From contig JAJYUH010000013.1 of assembly GCA_021792635.1 (NCBI GenBank), positions 2,862-66,861 on the forward strand: 64,000 nucleotides of DNA. The letters run 5' to 3'. Under the pieces are notes generated by a model. The model saw only the letters and a program-made list of their open reading frames with translations, did no database searches and was not told the DNA's origin. This DNA is from Natronospirales bacterium. Its GTDB lineage: Bacteria; Pseudomonadota; Gammaproteobacteria; Natronospirales; REEB76. Numbering within the stretch: the stretch's first letter is position 1; each line of letters opens with the position of its first letter. Shown here one piece after another: positions 10,056 to 19,813 of this stretch. Both the position numbers and the translations under genes were made by a program.

Positions 10056-10610
10056 ATGAAATCTTCGCTCATCCGCGATCTCGCCCGGCGTTATGCAGCC
10101 GGCGAGCTGAGCCTCGATGAGTATCGCACGCAACGCCGGGACTTGGTTGATGCCATCACCACCGGTAACCACCGGCTTGAATACGGCGAACCTGCGCTGA
10201 AGCCCATCCTGCGGATACGGCTTCTGTGGCTAATCACCGTCCTGCTGGTGTTGGCCGTTACAGCCGGCTTTGTTACTTCTCGATGGCTTGGAAATTCCCA
10301 TAAGCCGCAACAGCGGGTGCATGCCCCCTCTGTGACCGGGCCAATGCTGGTACGCGCGTTCCTCGAGGCAAATGACTGGAGTGACACCAGCCTGGATCAT
10401 TTCATGCGCCGCTGGAAAGCATTACCTGTCAGCGAGCAGCAGGCGGCGCGTCACAGCTATCTGTTCCCCCGCTTGGCAGCGCAACTGCAAGAGCAGATTA
10501 TTTCCCAGGAAGCCATGGTAAGTCTGACTCCGAAAACCGGCAAAGCCACAGCTCACCTTGCCCGTCTGCAACGGGTGGCAATCAAACTTGGAGTGAGCCT
10601 GGGAAATTGA
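10056..10610 (+). CDS. Small single-pass membrane protein, uncharacterised, translationally coupled to the kinase
   Basis: ATG 10056 directly abuts the kinase stop (TAAATG). N-terminal helix ELSLDEYRTQRRDLVDAI, one TM (LLWLITVLLVLAVTAGFV), and a ~100-aa C-terminal domain with no family I can name. Confidence 0.6.
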   Translation: MKSSLIRDLARRYAAGELSLDEYRTQRRDLVDAITTGNHRLEYGEPALKPILRIRLLWLITVLLVLAVTAGFVTSRWLGNSHKPQQRVHAPSVTGPMLVRAFLEANDWSDTSLDHFMRRWKALPVSEQQAARHSYLFPRLAAQLQEQIISQEAMVSLTPKTGKATAHLARLQRVAIKLGVSLGN

Positions 10611-10642
10611 TCTCGACAGGTCGCCCGCCAGCGAGTCCGTGC

Positions 10643-11485
10643 TCAAGTTTGAGCCATGATATAGGCAATCCAGGCCGGGTCGGCCTTACCCCGTGCCGTA
10701 GGCTGGAATACACCGTTGCCTTCGCCGGTTTTCGCATCAGTACCTTCAAAATACACCGTGATTTTTTCAAAACCCGCTTCGGCCAGCAGTTCGCGAAGCT
10801 CCGGAAGGGTCCAGAGCCGCCAGTGGTAGCTGAAAGCCTGCCTGAGGCGCGAACCGTCAGGAAAGGAGAAATGGATATGGCAGGTGGTTTGACCGGACAC
10901 CGGTTCGTATGCCGCCTGCTCCCATACATAAGTGAAGCGGCCGAAATCTTCCCGCTCGCGCATTTCCCGGAAAGCGTCATAGCCCCCATAGGCATCCAAC
11001 ATAAAAATCCCGTCGGCTGAGAGGCCCTGACGCACTTGGCGAAAATACTCCCGTAGCAACGCGCGTTCCTTGAAAATCCAATAACTGAAATTAAATGCTA
11101 AAATGATATCCACCGTCGGAACTTGTACCGTGAGCACATCCGCCTGTAATAGCCGGAGGCGGCGGGCAATACGCGGGGCAAGCCTCGACACATTGTGCTG
11201 CCGGCCCCAGGCAAGCACTGCGGGATCAATGTCCACGCCGATAGCCTGATGGCGGCGGTTACGCTTCACCCACTCGCAAGCGGCCAGCGCCGTACCGCAA
11301 AAATCCTCCCGCAGCTGCTGAGGAGCACGCTTGCGCAAAGCCCGAAAGGTCTGCTCTACAAAGTGCATTTCCCAAGCCACATCCTGTACTGACCTTTGGT
11401 ACAAGGCATAGCGATCAGCACGTTCGGCAAGTGTGAGCGACCTGCTGCTGTGGCTCGACTGGGTAGTTTCGCGTGTAGGATTCAT
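10643..11485 (-). CDS. Class I SAM-dependent methyltransferase
   Basis: ORF 10643..11623; probable start ATG 11485 (MNPTRETTQ...). SAM-binding region LREDFCGTALAACEWVKRNRRHQAIGVDIDP, followed by a typical Rossmann-like MTase fold sequence. Confidence 0.75.
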   Translation of the reverse strand: MNPTRETTQSSHSSRSLTLAERADRYALYQRSVQDVAWEMHFVEQTFRALRKRAPQQLREDFCGTALAACEWVKRNRRHQAIGVDIDPAVLAWGRQHNVSRLAPRIARRLRLLQADVLTVQVPTVDIILAFNFSYWIFKERALLREYFRQVRQGLSADGIFMLDAYGGYDAFREMREREDFGRFTYVWEQAAYEPVSGQTTCHIHFSFPDGSRLRQAFSYHWRLWTLPELRELLAEAGFEKITVYFEGTDAKTGEGNGVFQPTARGKADPAWIAYIMAQT

Positions 11486-11734
11486 TCGATAAGATTCCTG
11501 GGAAAGATTGTTCGCGGGCCATGCTGCAAGGGCCGGCATTGTAGCCAAGATAATCAGGAAATTGAGAGTAATTTGTGTCGGGTTACTGAATATGCGGTCC
11601 GCCACGGCCGGATCTGTGATCACCGAAAAAAACCATAACCCTGAATATGTTGAAAATTACCCCCAGGATCGCGATTTTTTAACCGGAAATTGTGCATTTA
11701 CCTTCAAGCCGTCATTCGGCACGCTGCCACATGA

Positions 11735-12733
11735 TCAGGCTGCGGCGGGTAACAGCCGCATGGCGTCTTGTAACACTTCAATGCCTGTCCTCGGACGTAC
11801 CGTCCCCTCGCTCAGATGGCGTCGCCACTTGCGTGCGCCGCGACATCCCTGAAAAAGACCCAGGAGGGGACGGATCAAACGTTGCAAGGGCACATCTTCC
11901 TGCAGCTGCACCAACATGTACGGAATAAAGGTTTCCAGTACCTGGGCACGTGTAGACACGGGCTCCTCGATGCCAAAGAAATGCCGGTCCACGGTGGCGA
12001 ACAGGTACGGATTGGCGCAGGCTTCCCGGCCAATCATCACCCCATCAAATGCCGACAAATGAGAACCCATGGCCTGCAGCGTCCGGATGCCGCCGTTCAC
12101 CACAATGCCGAGATGCGGGAAATCGCGTTTGAGCTGCTCTGCGATTTCGTAGCGTAACGGCGGTATTTCGCGGTTTTCCTTCGGACTGAGCCCCTTCAGT
12201 AAGGCCTTGCGCGCATGGATGACGAATACCTGGCAACCGGCCTGGGCAACCGTATATACAAATGTCTTCAAGTGTTCGTAACTGTCATTGTCATCCACAC
12301 CGATGCGTGTTTTCACCGTGACCGGTACAACTGACGCCGCCCGCATGGCAGCCACGCAGTCAGCCACCAATGCCGGTTCAGTCATGAGACAGGCACCGAA
12401 ACGACCCGATTGCACACGATCACTGGGACAACCCGCATTGAGATTGATTTCATCATAGCCATAGTCCGCGGCAATACGCGCGCACTCAGCGAGTGCCGTG
12501 GGTTCGCAGCCTCCCAATTGCAAAGCAAGCGGGTGCTCTACCTGGTGAAAACCGAGGAAACGCCGCTGTTCACCGCGTAATATGGCACCCGTGGTCACCA
12601 TCTCGGTATACAGGCGGGTGTATCGGCTCATGAGCCGGATAAAATAACGGAAATGCCGATCCGTGTAGTCCATCATGGGTGCTACACATATCCGGTGCGT
12701 GGATCCGCAAGAAATCGCCTTACTGTCACTCAT
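11735..12733 (-). CDS. dusA: tRNA-dihydrouridine(20/20a) synthase DusA
   Basis: N-terminus ...HRICVAPMMDYTDRHFRYFIRLMSRYTRLYTEMVTTGAI matches the DusA signature. Full-length FMN TIM-barrel protein of 332 aa. Confidence 0.9.
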   Translation of the reverse strand: MSDSKAISCGSTHRICVAPMMDYTDRHFRYFIRLMSRYTRLYTEMVTTGAILRGEQRRFLGFHQVEHPLALQLGGCEPTALAECARIAADYGYDEINLNAGCPSDRVQSGRFGACLMTEPALVADCVAAMRAASVVPVTVKTRIGVDDNDSYEHLKTFVYTVAQAGCQVFVIHARKALLKGLSPKENREIPPLRYEIAEQLKRDFPHLGIVVNGGIRTLQAMGSHLSAFDGVMIGREACANPYLFATVDRHFFGIEEPVSTRAQVLETFIPYMLVQLQEDVPLQRLIRPLLGLFQGCRGARKWRRHLSEGTVRPRTGIEVLQDAMRLLPAAA

Positions 12734-13611
12734 TGCATGCCCGCATCACGCGCGGCCAATTCGCTCAAAACCGCCCAGTCCTTGCCGCCCGCACCACCAG
12801 CCACCATGGCAAGCATGCGATCCCGCACCAGGCTCGCTATGGGCAGCGGCACTTCCACAGCTTCTGCCGCCGCCAACGCCAGACGCACGTCCTTCAAGCC
12901 CAAGCGCAACCTGAAGCCGGCGGGCTCGAATTGCCTGCCGGCAATGAGGTTGCCGTAACTCTCATACACCGGCGATTTATACAGCGCGGTGTTGAGGATA
13001 TTGAGGAATTCCACCTCGGGTATTCCCAGCTTGCGCACCAGGGCACAGGTTTCGGCCAAGGTCTCCAGCATGGCCGCCAAGGTAAAATTTCCGGCCAGTT
13101 TTACCGCGTTTGCCAGGGCAGGCCGGCTGCCTACGGTAAAGGTCCCCTGTGAAAAAGCGGCAAAAACCGCTTGCGCGCGCTGCAGATGTTCCTGCATACC
13201 GGCGGCCACCACCCAGAGTTTGCCCGCCTCGGCAGCGACGGGACGGCCGAATACCGGTGCGGATACATACGCATGACCTGCGGCGTCGTGCTCTGCTGTG
13301 AGGTGCTCGGAAAACGCCACGCTCAAGGTGCTCATGGAGACATGCATGGCGCCCCGTGACAGTCCATTGAAGGCACCCTGCTTACCAAACAGCACCGCGT
13401 CCACAGCGGCATCCTCCGCCAGCATGGTGATGAAGACTTCTGCATCCCGCGCCGCCTCCACGGGCGAGTTTGCCACCCGGACAATACCCTTAGCGAGCCG
13501 CATGGTACGTGCCGGTGTGCGGTTGTAGGCAGCAACGCTGTGTCCTGCCTGAATCAGATGATTGACCATGGGCAGTCCCATGTTGCCCAAACCCGCAAAT
13601 GCGATTTTCAT
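12730..13611 (-). CDS. NAD(P)-dependent beta-hydroxyacid dehydrogenase (3-hydroxyisobutyrate dehydrogenase family)
   Basis: ORF 12730..13728. ATG 13611 gives the canonical Rossmann N-terminus MKIAFAGLGNMGLPMVNHLIQAGH. Stop overlaps the dusA start (ATGA). Confidence 0.8.
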   Translation of the reverse strand: MKIAFAGLGNMGLPMVNHLIQAGHSVAAYNRTPARTMRLAKGIVRVANSPVEAARDAEVFITMLAEDAAVDAVLFGKQGAFNGLSRGAMHVSMSTLSVAFSEHLTAEHDAAGHAYVSAPVFGRPVAAEAGKLWVVAAGMQEHLQRAQAVFAAFSQGTFTVGSRPALANAVKLAGNFTLAAMLETLAETCALVRKLGIPEVEFLNILNTALYKSPVYESYGNLIAGRQFEPAGFRLRLGLKDVRLALAAAEAVEVPLPIASLVRDRMLAMVAGGAGGKDWAVLSELAARDAGMQ

Positions 13612-13633
13612 GATGATGATTCCAGCCGAAGGT

Positions 13634-14224
13634 TCACGGATAAACCAATGTATGCTTCCAGGCGTCTCCGTGGCGCGAATAACGCTCGCGCTCATGCAAT
13701 CGCCCCGGCCGGGAACACCAGAATTCAATCATGTCGGGCCTCAGCCGGAAGCCAGACCAATGTGACGGACGCGGCACCGGTTGACCGGCAAATTTCTTTT
13801 CAAACTCTACGAATCTTTTCTCCAGTTCCGCACGCGCACTCAGCGGTTCCGACTGTAATGAGGCCCAGGCACCTATCTGGCTGACGCGCGCACGTGTTGC
13901 CCAGTAGGTATCCGCCTCTGCCCCACTGACATCCTCCACTCGACCCTCCACCAGCACCTGCTCCATGAGCGGCTGCCAGAAAAAACATAACGCGGCATGG
14001 GGATTGTGCCGCAACTGTGTGCCCTTGCTGCTTTGCTTGTTGGTATAGAACACAAAGCCGCCCGCATCCACCGTCTTGAGCAATACGGTACGCACGCAAG
14101 GCCCTCCCGCGTCGCTAACAGTTGCCAGACTCATGGCCGCGGGTTCAGGGATATTCAATGACTGCGCGCGGGCAAACAATGCCTGGAAACGCTGCATGGC
14201 CTGGGCGTAAAGATCAGGGTTCAT
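13634..14224 (-). CDS. pdxH: Pyridoxamine 5-prime-phosphate oxidase
   Basis: 196 aa; ...PEPAAMSLATVSDAGGPCVRTVLLK... and C-terminal IEFWCSRPGRLHERERY, typical of PdxH. Confidence 0.9.
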   Translation of the reverse strand: MNPDLYAQAMQRFQALFARAQSLNIPEPAAMSLATVSDAGGPCVRTVLLKTVDAGGFVFYTNKQSSKGTQLRHNPHAALCFFWQPLMEQVLVEGRVEDVSGAEADTYWATRARVSQIGAWASLQSEPLSARAELEKRFVEFEKKFAGQPVPRPSHWSGFRLRPDMIEFWCSRPGRLHERERYSRHGDAWKHTLVYP

Positions 14225-14295
14225 GATGTCATCGTCCGCATACCGGCAGAAGATGGATTATTTTATCACCCGTGACCCCCAGCAGCAGACGGATT

Positions 14296-16134
14296 TCAGG
14301 CAGCGGTCCCCATGCCGCGCGTCGCTTTCCTGCGTTCGTGCTCCTTCAGATAGCGCTTCCGCAGACGGATGTGGTGGGGTGTGATTTCCACCAGTTCGTC
14401 TTCTTCGATGAACTCCATGGCTTGTTCCAGCGTCAGCCGCAGCGGCGGCGTCAACAGAATGTTTTCATCCCGGCCTGCGGCACGAATGTTGGTAAGTTGC
14501 TTGGCTTTTAGCGGATTAACCGTAAGATCACTATCGCGGGCATGGATGCCGACGATCTGCCCTTCATACACCGGATCACCGGGTGCGATAAACAGCCGGC
14601 CACGTTCCTGTAAATTGAAAAGCCCATAGGCCACCGCCTTGCCGGCAGCATTGGCAATCATGACACCGTTAGCACGCTGGTTCACAGCGGTATTTTTGAC
14701 TGGCCCATAATGGTCGAACACATGATGCAGCAGACCGGTACCTGAAGTAAGGGTGCGAAACTCGGTCTGGAATCCGATAAGGCCACGGGCGGGGATCATG
14801 TAGTCGAGGCGCACACGGCCGCGTCCGTCGGAACGCATGTCCGCAAGATCGCTGCCGCGCCCGCCCAGCGCTTCCATGACACCGCCCTGATGGCGTTCTT
14901 CGATATCCACAGTAAGCATTTCAAAGGGTTCTTGCCGCCCGCCGCCGACCTCGCGATAAATCACCTGCGGGCGTGATACGGCGATCTCGTAGCCCTCACG
15001 GCGCATGGTTTCGAGCAGTATGGACAGATGCAACTCACCGCGGCCGGAGATGCGGAATTTTTCCGCATCCTGGGTATCCTCCACACGCAGCGCCACATTA
15101 TGCAGGGCTTCACGATACAGGCGCTCACGCACCTGACGGCTGGTGAGAAACCTGCCATCCTGTCCGGCAAAGGGCGAGCTGTTGGTCTCAAAGGTCATAC
15201 TGATGGTGGGTTCATCCACCGACAGGGTCGGCAGCGCTTCCACGTGTTCCGGGTCGCATAGCGTGTCGGAAATTCGCGGTGCCGGGATGCCGGTGAAAGC
15301 CACGATATCCCCCGCCTGGGCTTCCGGCACCTCGACGCGGTTCAGGCCCAGGAACCCGAAAACCTGCAACACCCGCTCGCGACGCACACGCCCTTCATGG
15401 TCAATCACGGCCACTGCGCTGTTGCGCGTAATGCGGCCGCGGGCAATCCGCCCGATGCCAATGGCACCCACGTAACTGGAATAATCGAGCGAGCTCACTT
15501 GCAACTGGAACGGCCCGTTGAGATCCACCGGCGGCGGCGGGCAGTTTTTAACAACGGTCTCAAACAAGGCGCTCATGTCCTTGCCCGGCTGGTCAAGGTT
15601 CAGGGTGGCGTGCCCCTGCAGTGCCGACGCATACACCACTGGGAAATCCAGTTGTGCATCGGAAGCGCCCAGCCTGTCGAACAAATCGAAAGTCTGATCC
15701 AGCACCCAATGGGGACGGGCCCCATCGCGGTCAATTTTATTAATGACCACAATGGGCTTGAGCCCGTGGATGAAGGCCTTTTGCGTGACAAAACGCGTCT
15801 GTGGCATGGGGCCATCCACCGCGTCCACCAGCAGCAGCACCGAATCCACCATGGACAGTACCCGTTCCACCTCGCCGCCGAAGTCGGCGTGCCCCGGTGT
15901 GTCCACGATATTGATACGATATTCCTGCCCGCCCTGACGCCAGCGGATGGCAGTATTCTTGGCAAGGATGGTGATACCGCGTTCCCGTTCCAGGTCGTTG
16001 GAATCCATGACCCGCTCCGGCACCACCATGCGGGCATCCAGGGTACCGGATTGCTTCAGGAGCTGATCCACGAGGGTGGTTTTGCCATGATCCACATGGG
16101 CGATGATGGCAATATTGCGCAGGTTCTCGATCAC
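14296..16134 (-). CDS. typA: Translational GTPase TypA/BipA
   Basis: G-domain motifs [33 protein letters not shown]-like domains follow. The ORF in the track starts at TTG 16173. GTG 16134 gives [19 protein letters not shown], which aligns with the usual BipA N-terminus, so the start is uncertain by 13 codons. Confidence 0.9.
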   Translation of the reverse strand: MIENLRNIAIIAHVDHGKTTLVDQLLKQSGTLDARMVVPERVMDSNDLERERGITILAKNTAIRWRQGGQEYRINIVDTPGHADFGGEVERVLSMVDSVLLLVDAVDGPMPQTRFVTQKAFIHGLKPIVVINKIDRDGARPHWVLDQTFDLFDRLGASDAQLDFPVVYASALQGHATLNLDQPGKDMSALFETVVKNCPPPPVDLNGPFQLQVSSLDYSSYVGAIGIGRIARGRITRNSAVAVIDHEGRVRRERVLQVFGFLGLNRVEVPEAQAGDIVAFTGIPAPRISDTLCDPEHVEALPTLSVDEPTISMTFETNSSPFAGQDGRFLTSRQVRERLYREALHNVALRVEDTQDAEKFRISGRGELHLSILLETMRREGYEIAVSRPQVIYREVGGGRQEPFEMLTVDIEERHQGGVMEALGGRGSDLADMRSDGRGRVRLDYMIPARGLIGFQTEFRTLTSGTGLLHHVFDHYGPVKNTAVNQRANGVMIANAAGKAVAYGLFNLQERGRLFIAPGDPVYEGQIVGIHARDSDLTVNPLKAKQLTNIRAAGRDENILLTPPLRLTLEQAMEFIEEDELVEITPHHIRLRKRYLKEHERRKATRGMGTAA

Positions 16135-16500
16135 GGAGGAAACCGGGGAAAAAGGCGGACGATTATACGTCAAATACCGGCCCTGTCCCGGAGGAGAAGA
16201 CGATGTTTAACAACGGAATTTCAGCCTATTCCCGGCATTGGACAGACCTCCATAACTGGCGTAAGCTCTGCCCCCCGTTCGGGACCTGTCAATTTGCCTG
16301 CCGACGTTCTTTGGGGTATTCGCCCGGCTCGCCGCGTCAAAATGACCATGTAACGAACAACAAGGCGGATATCCAAAGCAGAGGCTTGTGCGCGTGGAAC
16401 GCCCAGGAAACCGCTTGGTTATACCGCCGATTAGTACCACGGCAGCGGGCCCAATACCCGTCGCTGTGGGTTTTTCAGATCTAGCAGAGTGAATACAGGT

Positions 16501-16788
16501 ATGACGTCAATCTATGTAGGCAATTTGCCTTTTACTGCTTCCGAAGAGGAAGTTCGTTCGAAGTTCGAGTCGTTCGGCACCGTGCATTCGGTGAAACTCA
16601 TCGCCGACCGCGAAACCGGCCGCCCCCGCGGCTTTGCTTTCGTGGAAATGGATCAGGGTGCGGCTCAAAAGGCCATCCAGGAACTGAACGGCAAGGATAT
16701 GGGCGGTCGCCCGCTGCGCGTGAATGAAGCGCAGGAACGGCAACCGCGCCAGCAAGGCGGTGGCGGCGGCCGCGGCGGCCGCTGGTAA
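16501..16788 (+). CDS. RRM-type RNA-binding protein with Gly/Arg-rich tail
   Basis: RNP-2 IYVGNL and RNP-1 RGFAFVEM; C-terminal QQGGGGGRGGRW. ATG 16501 is preferred over GTG 16489. Confidence 0.85.
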   Translation: MTSIYVGNLPFTASEEEVRSKFESFGTVHSVKLIADRETGRPRGFAFVEMDQGAAQKAIQELNGKDMGGRPLRVNEAQERQPRQQGGGGGRGGRW

Positions 16789-16807
16789 GTTCCCTAGCCT
16801 TCTCCAC

Positions 16808-16851
16808 GACCTTGCGCCCCTGACCCTCCAGGCCAGGGGCGCAAGGTCTTT
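16808..16851 (+). terminator. Rho-independent-type terminator hairpin after the RRM gene
   Basis: Perfect 15-bp stem GACCTTGCGCCCCTG / CAGGGGCGCAAGGTC (16808-16822 / 16834-16848), 11-nt loop, followed by TTT. Confidence 0.7.
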
Positions 16852-17063
16852 AGCGCTTCTCCCCTCCCTGCCGTAGTGCCAAACGGCGGGTACGTTTGAC
16901 ATTCGTCACTTTCGGGCGGTTTTCCCCGCCGCTATCATGCATTTTTTGGGTAACCCCCCACGGATTTTCCTGGCCGGCCTGGGTTTGTTTCTCAGCCGAG
17001 CACCGGAAAGCGCGTGGCGCGTTCCGGCGATAATAGGGCTTTCTTACGCGAGGGTCTCAAGTA

Positions 17064-17762
17064 ATGGAATCGTCCGTATTTGCCTGCCTGGGCAATATCT
17101 TCGTCGAGCCGAAGAAAGCCTTGGGTGATTTTCGCGAGCATAACCACTGGTTATGGTATCCACTGCTCATCACCATGGCCGTGGCTACCGCCGTCCTGCT
17201 CTGGTATTACGCCACCGCCGATCTGGGCGTTTTGCAGCAGCAAGTCATGGAGGTGATAAGTTCAAGATACAGTGCCGGCGATCTGGAAACGATCCGTGCC
17301 ACCCTGACTCGCGGCCGTTTCCTCTTCCAGGCGGCTATGGGCGGCACCCTGGGGGTGGTTCTGGTATGCCTTATCCAGGCACTGTATTTTTTCCTGGTAA
17401 GCAAGCTCGCCGGTTACGAGGTGCAGGACTACGGCCGCTGGTTCAGCTTCTCCGTATGGACGTATTTCCCCAATGTGCTGGCCTACCTTACTGCCGGAGT
17501 TGCCTACCTGCTCAGCAGCCGTCAGACGGATTTCTTCGCCATTGACGTGACCAATCTGAACACCCTGCTGTTTCGTGTGTCGCCGGACAGCCGCTGGTTC
17601 AGCCTTGCCGCCAGTATCCACCTCACCACCTTCTGGTGGCTGGCATTGATGATCATGGGTTTTTCCCTGTGGACCAAGAAAAGCCCGGGTAAATCAGCCT
17701 TTATCGTACTGGCCCCGTGGCTAACGATCTACGCCGTATTTGCTTTGGTGAAGCTCATCTGA
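17064..17762 (+). CDS. Yip1-family polytopic membrane protein
   Basis: 232 aa with 5 predicted TM helices. The N-terminal pattern ...IFVEPKKALGDFREHNHWLWYPLLI... resembles Yip1-domain proteins. Family call is from memory only. Confidence 0.55.
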   Translation: MESSVFACLGNIFVEPKKALGDFREHNHWLWYPLLITMAVATAVLLWYYATADLGVLQQQVMEVISSRYSAGDLETIRATLTRGRFLFQAAMGGTLGVVLVCLIQALYFFLVSKLAGYEVQDYGRWFSFSVWTYFPNVLAYLTAGVAYLLSSRQTDFFAIDVTNLNTLLFRVSPDSRWFSLAASIHLTTFWWLALMIMGFSLWTKKSPGKSAFIVLAPWLTIYAVFALVKLI

Positions 17763-17792
17763 CGGGGTGATCCATATGCAATGGGACCGGAT

Positions 17793-17820
17793 TTGCAAAT
17801 CAGAACATTAGTGTTATACT
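17793..17820 (+). promoter_or_regulatory. Sigma-70-type promoter of the efflux operon
   Basis: TTGCAA (17793-17798), 16-nt spacer, TATACT (17815-17820). Lies 33 nt upstream of the RBS-supported ATG 17853. Confidence 0.6.
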
Positions 17821-17836
17821 AAGATATAACACTAAT
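17807..17836 (+). promoter_or_regulatory. Perfect 12-bp inverted repeat (candidate repressor operator) overlapping the -10 box
   Basis: ATTAGTGTTATA-ctaaga-TATAACACTAAT; arms at 17807-17818 and 17825-17836 are exact reverse complements. Confidence 0.65.
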
Positions 17837-17852
17837 ACATATGGAGACTGGT

Positions 17853-19088
17853 ATGCGGCAGAAACGCAAACTCTGGATCGCGCTGGCCATCGTGGTCGGC
17901 ATCATCATCCTGGTGCTGATCGGCCGCCTGGTGGGACGCCAAGATACGCAGAAAGTGGATGTGGCCAAGGTGACGGCCCGCACCATCCGCAGCTCCATCC
18001 TCGCCTCGGGTCAGCTCGTCTACCTGAACCCGGTAGAACTGAAGCCGGAAGTTATCGGCAAGATTACCGAGATTCCCGTGGTAGAGGGTCAGTTGGTCAA
18101 AAAAAACCAGGTGGTGCTGCGGCTCGATCCGCAATTGTACGCGGCGGCGGTAGCGCAGGCTCAAGCCGGGGTGGAACAGGCTCAGATAGCCATCGAAAGC
18201 CAGCAACTCAGCATCGCCAACCTGCAACTGCAATACCATCGTCAACAGGCTCTCTACAAGCAGGGCTTGGTGGACGCCAACACTTTCGACCAGCTTGGCA
18301 ACCAACTGGCCATCGCCAGGGTACAGCTTGATTCCCTGAAGGAGGCACTGCGCATCGCCCATGCGCAATTGAACCAGGCGCAGCAGAATCTGAGCAAGAC
18401 CGTGATCCGCTCCCCCATTGACGGCATGGTCACCAGCCTGCCGGTAAAGGTGGGGGAGACCGTAATCACCGGCGCCAATATTCCCGGCTCCACGCTGATG
18501 GAAATCGCCGATCCCGCCGAGGTGCTCGCGGACGTGCAGGTGGACGAGGCGGATATCGCCAATGTGAAACTGGGAGAGGAAGCCAGTATCAACGCAGTCT
18601 CCTATCCCAACAACACCTTCCACGGCAAAGTGCAGTTTGTAGCGGCCTCGGTCACCGACAACAGCACAACCGCCTTGACTGCAACGGCGGTGCAGCAGGG
18701 TGTCACCTTCGAGGTGAAGATCGGGCTAACGGACCTGCACCTGCCGCGCATCCGCCCCGGCATGAGCTGCCGTGCAGAAATATTCACCCAGAGCACGCCT
18801 AACGCCATCGCGGTACCCCTGCAGGCTGTGCTCTACGAAAACAATCCCAACTCCAGGAGCCTGGAGCCCACTTCCGGTGCCTACGTGTTTGTCATGCGCA
18901 ACGGCAAGGCCCGCAAGGTGCCGGTAACCACCGGCGTCTCCAGCGACACTTATCAGGAAATCATTTCAGGTCTCAAGGCAGGCGAAACAGTCATCACCGG
19001 ACCCTATCTGACGCTGCATCATCTGACCGACGGCATGGATGTTTTGCCGCTGCCGCCGGACAACGGCAAGGCCCGGACAACCTCATGA
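17853..19088 (+). CDS. Efflux periplasmic adaptor (HlyD/MFP family, MacA-like)
   Basis: N-terminal membrane anchor, coiled-coil hairpin (AQAGVEQAQIAIESQQLSIANLQLQYHRQQ...), beta-barrel/MP domains. ATG 17853 has GGAG 6 nt upstream; ATG 17841 has none. Confidence 0.85.
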   Translation: MRQKRKLWIALAIVVGIIILVLIGRLVGRQDTQKVDVAKVTARTIRSSILASGQLVYLNPVELKPEVIGKITEIPVVEGQLVKKNQVVLRLDPQLYAAAVAQAQAGVEQAQIAIESQQLSIANLQLQYHRQQALYKQGLVDANTFDQLGNQLAIARVQLDSLKEALRIAHAQLNQAQQNLSKTVIRSPIDGMVTSLPVKVGETVITGANIPGSTLMEIADPAEVLADVQVDEADIANVKLGEEASINAVSYPNNTFHGKVQFVAASVTDNSTTALTATAVQQGVTFEVKIGLTDLHLPRIRPGMSCRAEIFTQSTPNAIAVPLQAVLYENNPNSRSLEPTSGAYVFVMRNGKARKVPVTTGVSSDTYQEIISGLKAGETVITGPYLTLHHLTDGMDVLPLPPDNGKARTTS

Positions 19089-19813
19089 CCGGCGAAGCTG
19101 TCCTGGAACTGCGTCAGGTCACCAAGCAGTATGTGATGGGCGACGTGACCCTGAATGCGCTCAAGAATGTGAATCTGGTCCTGTACCGCAACGAGTATGC
19201 CGCCTTCATCGGGCCATCCGGCTCGGGCAAGACCACGCTCATGAATATCGTGGGCTGCCTGGACAAGCCCACCAGTGGCGAGTACATCCTGAATGGCACG
19301 CCCGTGGCAGAGCAGGACGACAATGCCCTGGCCCGCATCCGCAACCGCGAGATCGGCTTTGTCTTCCAAAACTTCAACCTGCTGGGCCGTGCCAATGCCC
19401 TGCATAACGTCATGCAGCCGCTTATCTATCGCGGCATCCCGTTGGGGGAGCGCAAGCGCATGGCCACGGAAGCACTGCAAAACGTCGGCTTGGGCGACCG
19501 CCTGCACCATCTGCCCAACCAGCTTTCCGGCGGCCAGCGGCAGCGCGTGGCCATCGCGCGCGCGCTGGTGGGCAAACCTTCCATCTTGCTGGCGGACGAA
19601 CCCACGGGCAATCTGGATTCCAGTACCAGCCGCGACGTAATGACGATGTTCGACACGCTGCACCGTGCCGGCCACACCATTATCATCGTGACCCACGACC
19701 AGAATATTGCCAACCACTGCCGGCGCGTCATCCGCATGATGGACGGCCAGATACTGAGTGATACGGCAACCGCGGGAAAAGAAGAGAATCTGGAGGTGCT
19801 GCGCCGTGTATAA
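19085..19813 (+). CDS. ABC transporter ATP-binding protein (MacB/LolD type)
   Basis: Walker A GPSGSGKTT, signature LSGGQRQRVAIARAL, Walker B ILLADEPTGNLD, H-loop VTHD. Start overlaps the adaptor stop (ATGA). Confidence 0.9.
   Translation: MTGEAVLELRQVTKQYVMGDVTLNALKNVNLVLYRNEYAAFIGPSGSGKTTLMNIVGCLDKPTSGEYILNGTPVAEQDDNALARIRNREIGFVFQNFNLLGRANALHNVMQPLIYRGIPLGERKRMATEALQNVGLGDRLHHLPNQLSGGQRQRVAIARALVGKPSILLADEPTGNLDSSTSRDVMTMFDTLHRAGHTIIIVTHDQNIANHCRRVIRMMDGQILSDTATAGKEENLEVLRRV

Noticed and set aside
11735-12733. dusA as a known integration hotspot for genomic islands
   Set aside because: dusA is intact with its native-looking 5-prime end overlapping the upstream dehydrogenase gene. No integrase, direct repeat or foreign block flanks it.
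16441-16480. Imperfect hairpin followed by TTTTT upstream of the RRM gene, as a possible attenuator
   Set aside because: The stem is short and mismatched, and there is no upstream plus-strand gene to terminate. The evidence is insufficient.
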